63,535 bases of DNA, filler included, from Octopus bimaculoides (GCF_001194135.2; 7 parts of 6 records of this genome joined end to end with filler, not necessarily neighbours in it), one strand, 5' to 3'; numbered from the whole stretch's first letter, positions 46,721 through 62,132 are shown. The notes: generated by a model from the letters alone, not told the origin. Made by a program: numbers and translations.

Positions 46721-48150
46721 CGGTTAGTTATTTAAGGAATCTCAGCAAATCCTGCCACATAACACTGTACAATTATCAAACAAGTATCATGAGGTCTTCT
46801 CTACGTGTATCCTCATTTTTGTAAAGTCATACCACAGGTGTAAGTGCTGTGACGCAACAATTTTTGATTCTAACTAACTTTTAGCATAGGTATCATACCT
46901 AATTAAATTGGTATATCCGCAATATCTTCACATCTTATCCTTCCTCTGTAGATCCTCATTCTCTCCTTTACTCCATAATTAACGCCTCTCACCTAGATTA
47001 TAATAAAAGAATATCTGAGTTGCAACGCCCTCTTTATTAATAAAAGACCACTAGGCCATTCTCCTCATGGCATGGAGTTATATACGAATTAATGATATGC
47101 ATATAATTAATCTATCTTTCCAGCTCTCTTCACTAATCTATTTATTATGATATCTAGTTCCTATTGTCCACTATATTTCCTTAATACCTGGGCCTATAAA
47201 TTTTTACTATGCTTAAATTTCGTAAATAAATGTCCCTAATCTATTTATATATTTATATTCACCATTGACTTATTTTTGATTCATCGTTTTAAATTTATAT
47301 TTTCATCCCTCGGCTTCCAATGTGCATATACTATCATTAACACCATAAATCTTAAAATTTTGTATTTAATAGTGTGGGCATCTATTTCTAGAACCACTAT
47401 AACAACGCGAGTTCTAAATTGCGCCCTCACTTCCACTAATATCAGTCTCCTTTTAGCTTCAGATTTTCATTATCTTTTACAACCGCTTTATTACGTCATT
47501 ACCGCCTTCCTCTCATTTTTGTCACCTCTGGCCAGTATTGGTGGTCATTTGGATGTATCTGACATTTCCTATTCTTCATCCCTTTTATTTGTCTTTCACA
47601 TGCACTCCGTAACCTTTCTCAACAGGCATACACACATTATACTGCCTAGTATACATGTACTCTACTAAATTCACTTGCATGTCTTTCCTCCTGATTATAG
47701 TATAATATTCTTATTCTACTCTTATTCATTCTCTATTCAGAATTAGGACTGATAACTTCCACTATTCCCCGCCATGGATTATCATCGAACATTCTCATCT
47801 GAAACTGCAGATGGAAATTTCTTGTAGATGTATTTTTCATTTGATCATGGATCTACCTAACACATTTCCATTTTACTCTGATCTTTGCCCCATCCTTGTC
47901 AAACAGGAATGCTCTAATATCTTCGACTGAGAATATTCTATCAGTTTTACATCTCTCTCTCTCCAATTCTGATGTTGGTATACTCAGCCTATACTCATTA
48001 TGATGACCCATATGCTTGGCTATTCTATAAATAGCTATAAGAGAATGTATATCTATATTCTCTATCTAAATTAAGTGTCTTTTCAAGAGATGCCAAACGG
48101 TTTCCATATTCATTTTTACTTTAATCTATATCTACCTCCTCAAGGAAAAA
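46720..48150 (-). mobile_element. Very old LINE remnant (APE-like motifs)
   Basis: Purine-rich minus strand with faint APE-like words (LARGDK...RGGGN; VYAHW). No long frame. Confidence 0.3.
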
Positions 48151-48797
48151 AACCCCCACCTCTAGCCGTTTCAAAACGGAATTTTAGTGATAAACTAGTA
48201 CATTAAGTCAGTCAACGAAAACGCCTTATACATATATATATATATATANNNNNNNNNNNNNNNNNNNNNNNNNNNNNNNNNNNNNNNNNNNNNNNNNNNN
48301 NNNNNNNNNNNNNNNNNNNNNNNNNNNNNNNNNNNNNNNNNNNNNNNNNNNNNNNNNNNNNNNNNNNNNNNNNNNNNNNNNNNNNNNNNNNNNNNNNNNN
48401 NNNNNNNNNNNNNNNNNNNNNNNNNNNNNNNNNNNNNNNNNNNNNNNNNNNNNNNNNNNNNNNNNNNNNNNNNNNNNNNNNNNNNNNNNNNNNNNNNNNN
48501 NNNNNNNNNNNNNNNNNNNNNNNNNNNNNNNNNNNNNNNNNNNNNNNNNNNNNNNNNNNNNNNNNNNNNNNNNNNNNNNNNNNNNNNNNNNNNNNNNNNN
48601 NNNNNNNNNNNNNNNNNNNNNNNNNNNNNNNNNNNNNNNNNNNNNNNNNNNNNNNNNNNNNNNNNNNNNNNNNNNNNNNNNNNNNNNNNNNNNNNNNNNN
48701 NNNNNNNNNNNNNNNNNNNNNNNNNNNNNNNNNNNNNNNNNNNNNNNNNNNNNNNNNNNNNNNNNNNNNNNNNNNNNNNNNNNNNNNNNNNNNNNNN

Positions 48798-48835
<38 letters not shown>

Positions 48836-48859
48836 GTGCGTGCGTGTGTGTGTGTGTGT

Positions 48860-49150
48860 GTGAATTTGTACCAGGCTTTAAAAAATATGTACTGGAACCG
48901 ATTCTTTCGACTAAAATTTCTTCATGGTGGTGCTTCAGCATGGCCGCAGTCTAGCGACTGAAGCAAGTGAGAGATAAAAGATATTTTGTACGTGTGCATG
49001 CGTCCATATATACGATGGGATTCTACACTCTCCATCTATTAAATTCATTCACAAGGTATTTGTCAGCCCGGGCCTATACAAGATGCCACGGAGTGGGACT
49101 CAAACCTATCACATGTGCTTATAAAGCCAGCTTATTAACCTCGTAGTCTT
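48860..49150. mobile_element. Family B tail (+) and head (-) fragments
   Basis: GGTGCTTCAGCATGGCCGCAGTCTAGCGACTGAAGCAAGTG; then GATGCCACGGAGTGGGACTCAAACC. Confidence 0.7.
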
Positions 49151-49431
49151 GCCTATACATACACGTGTATGTGTGCAGTGAAGGTATGCGGCTTCGTGAT
49201 TAAGGTACTCCGCTTACGGTCGTAAGGTTGTAAGTTCGGTTTCCGGCAGCGCGTTTTGATATATACTTGTATATATCAAAATGTACACAAATATATACGT
49301 GTGTGTATACACACAGTGGCATAAGTGTAATCACAACGGCGTAAGTGTAAATAATCGGGCAAAGATCCAAAAACAACACATACAAGTTCAAAAGTTTCCT
49401 TGCGTGCGTGCATGCTTGCATATGTACGTGT

Positions 49432-49489
<58 letters not shown>

Positions 49490-51822
49490 ACTGTTAAGGT
49501 AGCTACCTACGCCTACATATATGCATAGAAAATATATGTAGGGATATTTAAAAAGTTATGATATAGTGTAATGTAGGAGAAAGGTGTTGTTATCGGTGAA
49601 TATGGATTGTAACAAATGTTTCCGCGCAANNNNNNNNNNAATGTAGGAGAAAGGTGTTGTTATCGGTGAATATGGATTGTAACAAATGTTTCCGCGCAAA
49701 TAGTCAGGAGTGTAAATTCGCAGAGTACCAGCCGTTCATTTTCTTTGATGTGGCAGCAAATGCCTCTGGAACAGATTTCTAAGGAAGGAGATTTCTGGGG
49801 TTTTTTTGGGGGTTTTTGTTTTGTTTTTTTTACTTAAAAGAACATCAAGATGTTTTCATCATACCTCTAATTTCACAACAGCTGAAGACTTTTGAATAAA
49901 TAGCAGCTCTCTCTATTTGTAAAAATATCTAATGAAGTACATAGTCAACTGTTGCACTATATTGAAATCAGAAGATACCATTTATATTATATTCGTTTAT
50001 GCTACTGCTATAACTATTTGTTTGCCTATCTGTCTATTTGTCTGTCCCTCCATTTATCACTTTATCTATCTTTCTACATGTATTTATCTATCTGTCTATC
50101 TATATCTATGTGTGTGTGTGCAGATGTGTATAAGTATTTACGTTGGTAACAATGATTGTGCCTCTAGTGGCTGACACACCGCCAGCATACGACTAGATAA
50201 ACCGTTTTGTTATACGCAGCACTACCTACCGTATCTACTTCTCCCGCTTCCTTTGCCTTTGATGCAAATTTGAGGAAGTACTTCTCTAATGCCTGAAACT
50301 GCAAATAATATGTGATTTTTCTTTTAGAATTTTCGCGTGAATTGGAGTTGCAAATGGAGATGGTACGGAAACATTTATAACACACATATATATANNNNNN
50401 NNNNNNNNNNNNNNNNNNNNNNNNNNNNNNNNNNNNNNTTAATTAATTAANNNNNNNNNNNNNNNNNNNNNNNNNNNNNNNNNNNNNNNNNNNNCCCTTA
50501 AACATTAGTAAGCACATTATTATAAACTAATATAAATCCGATAATAATTTTTATTTTTTATTCACATTATATAAATAAAGATTACCTATGTGTCTCCTAA
50601 ATAGTATCATTATCTTACCTTCAGCTAATAATTTTTTTAAGATAATTCATAATAGTTTTCATGATCACTATATACTTAATATCCTTAAAACTTTACACCC
50701 TATCCAGAGCCCCTGAATTCAATATTGACATTATTTCATGATTTTTGTGAAAATAATTACATCTCATTTTATTTATCTTATTAACATACCTCTTATTGTG
50801 AAAACATTGGTTAGAATATGTTTGTTATCTGTACCGCTATACTGTTACTCTATTCAGACTAAAAGTAAAAAACCTATTTGAACCATATACCTAGGGCTGT
50901 AATTCCTCAACATTAATTCCTCAACAGTTTGATAGTAGTAAAATGACCTGATACTACTATGACCAGTGAAACCTTTAGATTCTAATACATTTTATAGCCT
51001 TGTCCATGCATACTGCTTACACCTTCCCTCTCTTTAGAAGTAATTGTCCCTTTGCTATCACCACTAGATAAGAAACAATAAAATCTGAGTCAGTTAAAAC
51101 TTTTGTCTAGAATCAATTACTAGCCTGATAGACTCGGCTATGTCAAGATGGACTTATGAAGTCTTCCTCACATCTGGATTTTTATGTATNNNNNNNNNNN
51201 NNNNNNNNNNNNNNNNNNNNNNNNNNNNNNNNNNNNNNNNNNNNNNNNNNNNNNNNNNNNNNNNNNNNNNNNNNNNNNNNNNNNNNNNNNNNNNNNNNNN
51301 NNNNNNNNNNNNNNNNNNNNNNNNNNNNNNNNNNNNNNNNNNNNNNNNNNNNNNNNNNNNNNNNNNNNNNNNNNNNNNNNNNNNNNNNNNNNNNNNNNNN
51401 NNNNNNNNNNNNNNNNNNNNNNNNNNNNNNNNNNNNNNNNNNNNNNNNNNNNNNNNNNNNNNNNNNNNNNNNNNNNNNNNNNNNNNNNNNNNNNNNNNNN
51501 NNNNNNNNNNNNNNNNNNNNNNNNNNNNNNNNNNNNNNNNNNNNNNNNNNNNNNNNNNNNNNNNNNNNNNNNNNNNNNNNNNNNNNNNNNNNNNNNNNNN
51601 NNNNNNNNNNNNNNNNNNNNNNNNNNNNNNNNNNNNNNNNNNNNNNNNNNNNNNNNNNNNNNNNNNNNNNNNNNNNNNNNNNNNNNNNNNNNNNNNNNNN
51701 NNNNNNNNNNNNNNNNNNNNNNNNNNNNNNNNNNNNNNNNNNNNNNNNNNNNNNNNNNNNNNNNNNNNNNNNNNNNNNNNNNNNNNNNNNNNNNNNNNNN
51801 NNNNNNNNNNNNNNNNNNNNNN

Positions 51823-51904
<82 letters not shown>

Positions 51905-52697
51905 ATATTTGTTTATTGTGTATGTGATTCTGTGTGTGTATGAACGTGTGTATATGTATGTATGTGGGGTTTGTGCATATCTAGGAGCAGCTTGTTTTTA
52001 TTAGAAATATATAAAATTGTCGAACCTGACGCGAACATAGTGATAATCAGAGGATAAGAGAGTGAGAGAAAGATGTGATAAGTGGTGAACGCTCAGTTGA
52101 ATGAAAAGAAAAATTTTGCTGGACATTCAGAAGAAAAATATGGTTTCCAATTGACTAAAAATTGCTATCTACATTAGCCAACTTGCAATTATCTTGAAAA
52201 CTACAAATGGTTAATTTTATAAGACTTCTTAAATCAAAACGATTTTATTAAATGATAGAGACCAACAATGATTATCATGGCGGAGCTAGGTAAAATAGCT
52301 ATATTCGTAGATTTTGATGCGCAATATCATGAAAAAAAAAAACATAGCTGATAAGATTTAGAAAATGGTAGAATATGTGAATCAAATTTCTCTTTGTCAA
52401 CTCGATAAAAAGTTTCCCATTTTAAAATAATCACTAAAACGGATAACGAATCCTTTAACTTGAAAGATTAAATTAAGAGACAAAATAATAATTGGAGTTA
52501 GAAAAAAGAGAGGCCAAAATCAGAAAAGACCACGCTATGGAGAAAGCCTTATAAAAGACATGTATATGTATGTATGTATATATGTATGTATGTATGCATG
52601 CATGTATGTATGTATGTATGCATGTGTGTGTATGTATGTATGCATGCATGTATGTAAGTATGTATGTATTTATATATGACTGTGTATGCATGTATGC

Positions 52698-52759
<62 letters not shown>

Positions 52760-53719
52760 AGATAGATAGATAGATATAGATATAGATATATACATATACA
52801 TACACATATACACTTATAAATACATGTAAATATGTAAATGTATATCCGAGGAGAGGTACGTGCTTTCGCATCCTCGGAAGTTTTGTAAAATGAGGGATTA
52901 AACAAATCTGTTATTCAAGATATTCCTGCTACACGCACACACAACACATGCGCGCGCACGCACACAAGCATATTTATATACATACACATGCTTACACACG
53001 CGCGTGCACACATGCACACGCACACATCCACACGCACGCATGCATACATACACACATATTCGATGACTTATTCATGTTAGATTTGAAACTGAATATGCTT
53101 GTTGACCTTGTACTTCATCGCTGGAGAACAACTTGTTTCAGGCAATTGTGTGCTTGCAACACACTCGACTCATTAGTATACAGAAAATTTGAGAAATCCG
53201 GGCTTTCGAAATCATTGTCTCTCCACGGCCCATGATACGTCAGACTACTGAATCTAACAAGCGTTTTTTGCCTGTTGTTTATAATTTCAGTAAGCAAGCA
53301 AATTGTTTGTTATACATTCAAATATACGTATATAGATCTATTTATCTAAATATAAAATATATATACATACGCGCACGCGCGCGCGAACACACACACACAC
53401 ACGAACGCATATATATGTTTTACGTGTAGATGTATAATTTAGAGCTCTGCTCGCGCATTCGCAGCAAATAAGGCATAGAGCCAGACTTTAGATCGTGTAG
53501 GTATATTATTACTCACTCCGATGTTTACACACGGCCAGCTATACGTCGTTATGAGCAGAGCAATGGATTCCAGTTATTTGAAAATTAGTGTCGACCAGAC
53601 AGAATATAAAGAAACTTTGTGTACTTTGAATGTATGAGTATAAACAAGTGTAAAATAGCGTAAATAATTACAATAAAAGTATATCTAAATAACATTTTTT
53701 AGTAATATTTTTTATGTAG

Positions 53720-54850
53720 TGTTCGAAGGAAGCTCTGGCTTTCGTTAGGAGTGGTCCATATAACCATTCATGATACAGAGCCTGGGAGCCTGTTTCAGTT
53801 CGGGAGTGAATCGTCATCACATGTCACTTAGTCGCAAACACTTGCCATTTAGCTGCAATAGAATACTGCATCACCAACAATGATGTGATTTCTCTAATAC
53901 ATCATCCAATAATCTATCAAGTCCATTTACACATTTCTCAATGCATACTGTTGTTACGACTTCCCGCCCTCATCACATGCCTCCATCGTAGATGGGTAGA
54001 TTTACAACTCACAATGATACATCCACATATCAAAGAACAATATATAAACAAAAGAAGAATATAAAAGTTCCCATTAGTACTATTTCAAGTATCTTTCTTA
54101 AGATTCTTGCAGAATACAGGACTTCATTTATCTACAGGTCGGCAAGGCGTGTCTCCATTCTAATATCCTTCAGTATCTTAAATAATATTTTACATGCGGT
54201 GCCATGTTCACAGGAACAATTGTCACGTTTGCTTTCCACAATCTCTTCAACCTTCTGATTAGGTCCACAATTTTCTCATTTTCTTTGATATTCACTCTTT
54301 TATTATGTAAAACTACAAAGTCTATGATCTGCAAGGTCTAAGATTTGTTTCGTTTCGTGTGCTCTACATACTTATCTGGTCTCGTTGGCTCAATAATATG
54401 GCTGGTCTAATGATGGAGAAATTCCATAATATCTTGTAATTATTATTTACCATTACATCTCATGTTCATACCACTTTTCTCTCACTTTGAATGCACACAC
54501 TAGGCTAACATTCCCATTCCCTCTTGTCAATACAATCATTCCTGCGCATATAATGTTTTTGTGCCATCTTACTTCATTTACTTAAGCAATGTCAATTTTT
54601 TCGCCTCATTTTCCAGAGATTCTGTGCTTCCTCTCTGACCGAGTTTTGTCAATTTTCGCGTTTATCAAATTTGCTTTAATAGCTTGTTCGTGAGCGGCTA
54701 AAAGGAGTGATCCGCTTTCTCGTTTCATGTTTCCGTCTTTCGGCCACAACTAGTGTTCTTTACTTCTAATACCCTCCATTTGTTGCATGAATTGGCCTTG
54801 TATCTGCTTCACTTTGCGGCTATTTATACAACCTTTATTCCTTTTAGTTT
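53720..54850 (-). mobile_element. R4/Dong-type non-LTR retrotransposon 3' region (restriction-like endonuclease)
   Basis: QGQFMQQ...LWPKDGNMKRESGSLLLAAHEQAIKANLINAKIDK...KWYEH...YKILWNF...EPTRPD...IIDFVV...KRVNIKENEK...LKRLWKANVTIVPV...YSARILRKILEI, then a 3' UTR. Confidence 0.85.
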
Positions 54851-55200
54851 TTGAATTCTCCTATTATTTTGATAGCTTATTGCATATTTCTTTCTGCAGA
54901 TAATACTATTTCGTCATTACGCACAACAGAGATTTGCAAATACAGTATCGCAGTGGCAAAAGTGTTTTCTACATAGAAACCTCTGCTCTTTCTTTTTCTT
55001 TATAGTAGATCCTGTCGATATTACTTTTAGTGTGGTGCGAGCCATGCATTATGATCATATACTTCTGTGTTTGTCACTTTTAGAAAAGGAGAAGAGAACT
55101 TTGATATTGGTATGGTCCATGTATTCATTGCATTGATAATACTCCCCTCATTTAGTTTTGTTTCGCACATTTTCGAAATTCTTGTACTTTTTGGGTTTAA

Positions 55201-55254
<54 letters not shown>

Positions 55255-55302
55255 NNNNNNNNNNTGATGATGATGATGATGATGATGATGATGTTGATGA
55301 TG

Positions 55303-55352
<50 letters not shown>

Positions 55353-56389
55353 TATTATTATTATTATTATTATTATTACAATTTATATCAGATTATGGAA
55401 GTCGGAAAAAAAAAATCTTATTTCAAGATACGTTTTCAAACTGAACCTGATGCTTTTTCAAGCTGGGAGCCGTTTGTTTCGCGTTTTCTTGTCAAGATGT
55501 AATTCTACAGTTTCAGATATGTTGTATGGGAATTTGAGCTTCATCTTGTCATAAAGTGGAAAACTATAAATGGTAAAGAAAAACAGAAGGAAAATTCCCA
55601 AAATAAATAAACATACATACAAGCAAAACACACGTATATCATTTTTCTACTAGAAGAAAAGCAAGGATTATTCATTTTTGACAGCGAATACCATTTCTTA
55701 TTCATCCATAATAGGAATTAAAATACTTCCACTACTGCTGCTACGACTGCTAGTGCTACAAGAAGAAAAACATCTTTTAGTAATACTAATAAAAATAATT
55801 GTTAGAAGAAAGAAGAAAGTAGCGGAGGAAGAGAAAGAGGAGTGGAGGAAGAAGAAGAAAAGCAAAAGGAGGCGAGAAATAACTGTAGTGGTAGTGGTGG
55901 TGGTAGTAGTAGTAGTAGAAGAAGAAGAAGAAGAAGAAGAAGAAGAAGAAGAAGAAGAAGAAGAAGAAGAAGAAGNNNNNNNNNNNNNNNNNNNNNNNNN
56001 NNNNNNNNNNNNNNNNNNNTTAATTAATTAANNNNNNNNNNNNNNNNNNNNNNNNNNNNNNNNNNNNNNNNNNNNTATAAAGATTAAAAGCGAGAACAGG
56101 AACAGGAATGAGACACGTAAATAGTCTCATCTAATTCGCCCAATCAAAATATTTTCAGTTAATCGATAGTTTAATTCATATATTGATTCATATGCATGCA
56201 CACAAACACACACAGGCACATACACTCTAACGTATATACACACTCACGCACATGCGCTCACTTAATTACATGCATATGCGCACATATCTATATACGTGGA
56301 GTGTAGACATACAAGAACGTCACAAGGCTCTACTTAATTCATCTAATCGAGGCATTTATACTCAATGAGTGTTTTACAACTAATTAGGA

Positions 56390-56459
56390 AATGATATGGA
56401 TGCACGTGACTAAGGTCTGTACGTATATGTATCTACATAAATATATGTATATGTATGTA

Positions 56460-56515
<56 letters not shown>

Positions 56516-56947
56516 AATACACTTTATATATGTGTGTATATATGTGTATATATATGTATATATATACTATGTACGTATTTTTATATATGCGCATGTACAC
56601 ACACAAACAGACACACGCACATGCATACATGCACAAGCACACACATATGTACACACGCATGCTAATGTATAATTACATAAGTATATATCCACACATGTAT
56701 ATATTGTGTATATAATATATAAATTGTGCTCATAACTAAATATATGCATATATATGTATGTATATATATATACACGCATATATATGCATGTTTGTATGTA
56801 TGTATGTATGTATGTTTCTCTGTACTGTTGCGCATATAAACACATTTTGAAATGGTTATGTTTAAAAATATATATGCATACATTGTTGTACATACACACG
56901 CATACACGCACACACACACAAACACACACACATATACATGTATATCA

Positions 56948-56994
<47 letters not shown>

Positions 56995-57181
56995 TATCAT
57001 ATGTATAATATATGCATATTATATATATAATATATGTATATATTTATACATATATATATATATATTTACATATTATATAGATATATATGTATATATGTAT
57101 ATACATACATACATGCATACATACACACACACACACACACACACGCACGCACACACACACACAGACACACCCAGACACACA

Positions 57182-57268
<87 letters not shown>

Positions 57269-57290
57269 GTATTTATAAGTAGATAAATAC
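56390..57290. repeat. Compound microsatellite mosaic (TA, TATG/CATA, CA)
   Basis: About 900 bp made almost entirely of alternating purine-pyrimidine repeats. Similar blocks at 23715-24010 and 52555-52850. Confidence 0.95.
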
Positions 57291-58601
57291 ACACATATCC
57301 ATACCTTTATATATATACTCGCCCAAAAACGTGTGTCTGCTCATATATGTAAGTTTTTTTGAGTTTTGTTTTCTGTATCACCGATATAATCCGACATATG
57401 AACGTAAATTAAGTTAGAGATCATACATGGCATTTGAAGCCTTTATATTATTAGATCGAACCGAGGGAATGTTAGCAGACACACGATACGACCTCTCCTG
57501 GAGAAAAAAAAAAGAAAAAAAAAAGAAATAAAACTCAATCTGCTCTGGAATGAAATATCCGATAAAATAGAATTTATGTATCCCTAGGAAACATCAAAAT
57601 AATCAATCCAAACACATAAACCAAATACAAGCAACAAGCCCCAAAAAGAAAATAAATAAATAAAAAGAAAGTATAAAACAAGAATGAAAGCCAAATGATG
57701 GTTATTGATTTAAGCGATAAAATATTTGAAGAATAGAATGGAGTTACAGGATAATTATGAAATAAAGAAGAGAAAAAAATATATAAATAAATGAACGTTA
57801 AAAATAAATAAGAAAGCCAAATATTGGTAAATATTGATTGGTGGTATCTAAAGAGCAGAGGGGTTGGCGAGGAAGGTATATCATCGAATTTATCGTGAAT
57901 ATAATTCGGTAGCGGTGTGCATGGTTTGTGTACTCTTATATANNNNNNNNNNNNNNNNNNNNNNNNNNNNNNNNNNNNNNNNNNNNTTAATTAATTAANN
58001 NNNNNNNNNNNNNNNNNNNNNNNNNNNNNNNNNNNNNNNNNNACATACGTATATATATATATATTTATCTATTTATAGATAGAGAGATAAATAATTAGAT
58101 AGATAGATAGATAGATAGAGAGATAGATAGATAGATAGATAGATAATGATTTCCTTGTTCATGTCCCTAACATCAATTGGGGGAGGACTGCGTAGGAGAA
58201 CGGGGCAATATTTTCTCCTTGTGTTTGTTTCATTTTACGAATTCCGTCCGGATTTCTTTGTGTGTTATGTCGATATCAACATGATAGGGGATTATATTGT
58301 TGCTGTTGTCGTTGTTGTTGTTGTTGTTATCGTCAGCAATGTTGGAGGCAGCGAGGAGGATAACGTCGGAGACGATCAGAAGTTACTGCTGCTGATGATG
58401 ATGATGACGATACTGCTGATAATGGCGGTGATGGTAAAAGTACTGCGGCGTTCATCTGGCTGGTAAAGTGAATAAAGACGGCCTAGGGCGATATAATAAT
58501 GTAGCATCTTTGATTTATCAATGTTAGTTATAGTAATAGATTCCGAAGTAATTTGTCAGAATATCAACAACCTAAATCTCATTATAATGATGATAATGCA
58601 G

Positions 58602-58632
<31 letters not shown>

Positions 58633-59317
58633 NNNNNNNNNNNNNNNNNNNNNNNNNNNNNNNNNNNNNNNNNNNNNNNNNNNNNNNNNNNNNNNNNNNN
58701 NNNNNNNNNNNNNNNNNNNNNNNNNNNNNNNNNNNNNNNNNNNNNNNNNNNNNNNNNNNNNNNNNNNNNNNNNNNNNNNNNNNNNNNNNNNNNNNNNNNN
58801 NNNNNNNNNNNNNNNNNNNNNNNNNNNNNNNNNNNNNNNNNNNNNNNNNNNNNNNNNNNNNNNNNNNNNNNNNNNNNNNNNNNNNNNNNNNNNNNNNNNN
58901 NNNNNNNNNNNNNNNNNNNNNNNNNNNNNNNNNNNNNNNNNNNNNNNNNNNNNNNNNNNNNNNNNNNNNNNNNNNNNNNNNNNNNNNNNNNNNNNNNNNN
59001 NNNNNNNNNNNNNNNNNNNNNNNNNNNNNNNNNNNNNNNNNNNNNNNNNNNNNNNNNNNNNNNNNNNNNNNNNNNNNNNNNNNNNNNNNNNNNNNNNNNN
59101 NNNNNNNNNNNNNNNNNNNNNNNNNNNNNNNNNNNNNNNNNNNNNNNNNNNNNNNNNNNNNNNNNNNNNNNNNNNNNNNNNNNNNNNNNNNNNNNNNNNN
59201 NNNNNNNNNNNNNNNNNNNNNNNNNNNNNNNNNNNNNNNNNNNNNNNNNNNNNNNNNNNNNNNNNNNNNNNNNNNNNNNNNNNNNNNNNNNNNNNNNNNN
59301 NNNNNNNNNNNNNNNNN

Positions 59318-59373
<56 letters not shown>

Positions 59374-59667
59374 GTAACGTAGCTAGATAAGTGAGCCAGT
59401 AAACACTTATAAAACCAGAAATCTTTAGATTTTCAGACCAGCGTTCTTTCATTTGAAGAATTTCAGGTAACACCAATCGGCAACATCATTTGTAGAAACA
59501 TATATAATTCACGTCTTTAAATGAGAACATTTTTCTAAAGTTTACCAATCTTAAGAAGTTAGTAACCGGCTAAAATTATTCGTTTTATATAAAAAAGTAA
59601 TTCAAACTGTATTATTATTTACAAAATCACACATGTATCTTCCATAATTTGCAAGAGGTATTACATC

Positions 59668-59744
<77 letters not shown>

Positions 59745-59799
59745 GGGGGGGTAAATCATCACCATTTTATATATTTAATGCGCATTGTTTGCTTCTGAT

Positions 59800-60405
59800 T
59801 TTGTCGACTACACAGTATATTAGGGTCAGTTGGGCACCGTGTTAGAAAAACAGCACCATGACACAATTCACTCTACCAGAGATTTGGAAACGACGTACAG
59901 TATAATTGGGTGTCAAATTGAGGGCAGTGCAATCTGAGAACATGTACTGAAAATGATAAGAATCAAACAACCGGTTAACATCATGCTGTTTGGAGTGATC
60001 ACTAGTGATGGCACGTTATTCCCCCAGTCATCTTCCCACACGGCCTCAGACTCGACAAGGTGGCCTACATCAAGTGCCTGGATGAGATAGTGCTGCCCTG
60101 GGTCAAGAGGGTGGCTGCTCGAAGACCCTATGTCTGGTGACAGGACTCTGCACCATGTCACAAAAGCAGGAGAACCCAGTCATGGCTGTCAGACAATTTC
60201 TGCGACCACATCACGCCTAATATCTGGCCACCTAACTCCCCAGACTGCAACCCCCCTTGATTATTATGTGTGGGACGCAGTTGAACGAGAGATCAACAAA
60301 ACTCCTTGTAACAACAAAGATGAACTGAAGGCAAGGATTATGGCAGCATCCGCCCACTTAAACACGGAGACAGTCCAGAAGAGTTGCAGGAGCCCGTTTT
60401 TGTGT
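59800..60405 (+). mobile_element. maT-family (DD37D) Tc1/mariner transposase pseudogene, internally deleted
   Basis: IKQPVNIMLFGVITSDG...YIKCLDEIVLPWVKRVAARRPYVW*QDSAPCH...WPPNSPDCNPLDYYVWDAVERE. 37 residues between the last two Asp. Confidence 0.9.
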
Positions 60406-60964
60406 TTTATGTTCCCGTTCCTTTACTGACGTCCTGTACCCGGATATGCATCTATATATACATGTAGATGTAGGTATGTACATATATGTATGTATACATG
60501 CATATGTTCATATATCATTTCTATTATTATATTATCGAACGCTACGCGTCCATTTGCAAGTAAGTTTTAACTATATATATATANNNNNNNNNNNNNNNNN
60601 NNNNNNNNNNNNNNNNNNNNNNNNNNNTTAATTAATTAANNNNNNNNNNNNNNNNNNNNNNNNNNNNNNNNNNNNNNNNNNNNTTTTTTTTTTTTTTTTG
60701 TTTTTGTCTGTTCTTTTTTTCTCGTTCTCAGCTAAACAACAATAACGACGAATAAACAACAGCAAAAACAATAAAACCAACAACAGCAGTAACCACACAC
60801 ACCACCACCACCAACAACAACAACAACAAAAACACTAACAACAGCAATAAAACCAACAAAAAGACCACCACCACTACAAACAACAACAATGACAACAGCA
60901 ACAACAGCAGCAGTAACAGCGGCAACAACAAGCACCAAAACATAGTCAAATCGAAATATAGAAT

Positions 60965-61181
60965 TCTCATATCTTCAACTTATTTCAGTCATTGGACTGC
61001 GGCCTTGCTGCAGCACCTCCTCGAAGTGTTTAGTCAAACAAATCGACCTCAGAACTTAACTTTTTAAAGTCTGGTACTAATCCTGTCGGTTGTGTTTCAC
61101 CGAACCGCTACGTTACGGGGATATTAACAAAGCAATACCGGTTGACAAGTAGCGGAGGTGGTGGTGCAAAAACAAGCAAAA

Positions 61182-61237
<56 letters not shown>

Positions 61238-61395
61238 CACATTCATATATTCATACACGACGGGCTTCTTTCAGTTTCCATTTACCAAATCCTCTCACAA
61301 AGCTTTGGTCGGTCTGAGGCCATAGCAGATGACACTTGCTCAAGGTGCTGCACGGTTGGATCGATCCTGAATCCACATGTTTGCAAAGTGGTCTT
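60965..61395 (-). mobile_element. Full composite SINE family B with an internal (CA)n
   Basis: Tail 60965-61170, (CA)n 61182-61235, head 61255-61395. Confidence 0.85.
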
Positions 61396-61976
61396 CTTAA
61401 CCTCACAACCATGTCTACATGCGCGCTCGCGCATAGTCGCGCGCGCGCACACATACACACGCACACATATTACGAACATATATATATATACACTAACACA
61501 CACACATATACATACACAAATATATACACACTCACGCCCTCATACACACGCACACACCCCGTAACACGCTCATGCACACACACACACACACACACACGCA
61601 TACAATCATACGCATATACAGACACATAGACACAAACAGTCACACACTCATACGCCCATACAGATACGCACATACTGTTTAACAAAACACACACACACAC
61701 ACAAGCACACACTCATACACCCGAGCACACACAGAAACAGTCCACGACTACACGTATGTCAGTCCGAAAGTGTCAAATATTTGCCAATTCTTTGTTTTTC
61801 TGTGTTTGCTTTTTTTTGTTTTTTTTTTTGCTCTTACCATCGTACTGTTTGTGAATCACATTGACCTCATCACACATGAGTTGCCATTTTCCGTTTTTAT
61901 ATTGTTCTTCCTGTTCTTATTGTTGTTATTATTGTAAGTTGCCCATTAGACCCTGCTTATTTTTGTCCATTTACAG

Positions 61977-62132
61977 AGACATATGTTCGCTGATTTCCTT
62001 TGATGCGACGCTGAGTGGGTGGAGAAATCTCGCTGTTCAGTCAACCGTCACAGATCACCAGAGAACTAAAACGCAAAACAATGGATTCCACGACAGATGG
62101 ACACGAACAGTGATTTTACTATTCATAAGCCG
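61977..62132 (+). CDS. Weak candidate exon (156 bp, phase-symmetric)
   Basis: Strong acceptor CTTATTTTTGTCCATTTACAG|; open frame DICSLISFDATLSGWRNLAVQSTVTDHQRTKTQNNGFHDRWTRTVILLFIS; weak donor CG|GTTAAG. Confidence 0.18.

Noticed and set aside
49571-49699. Exact direct repeat of about 59 bp on either side of 10 Ns
   Set aside because: Typical unmerged contig overlap.
50500-51140. Possible old LINE endonuclease remnant on minus
   Set aside because: Composition fits, but no motif was clear enough to call.
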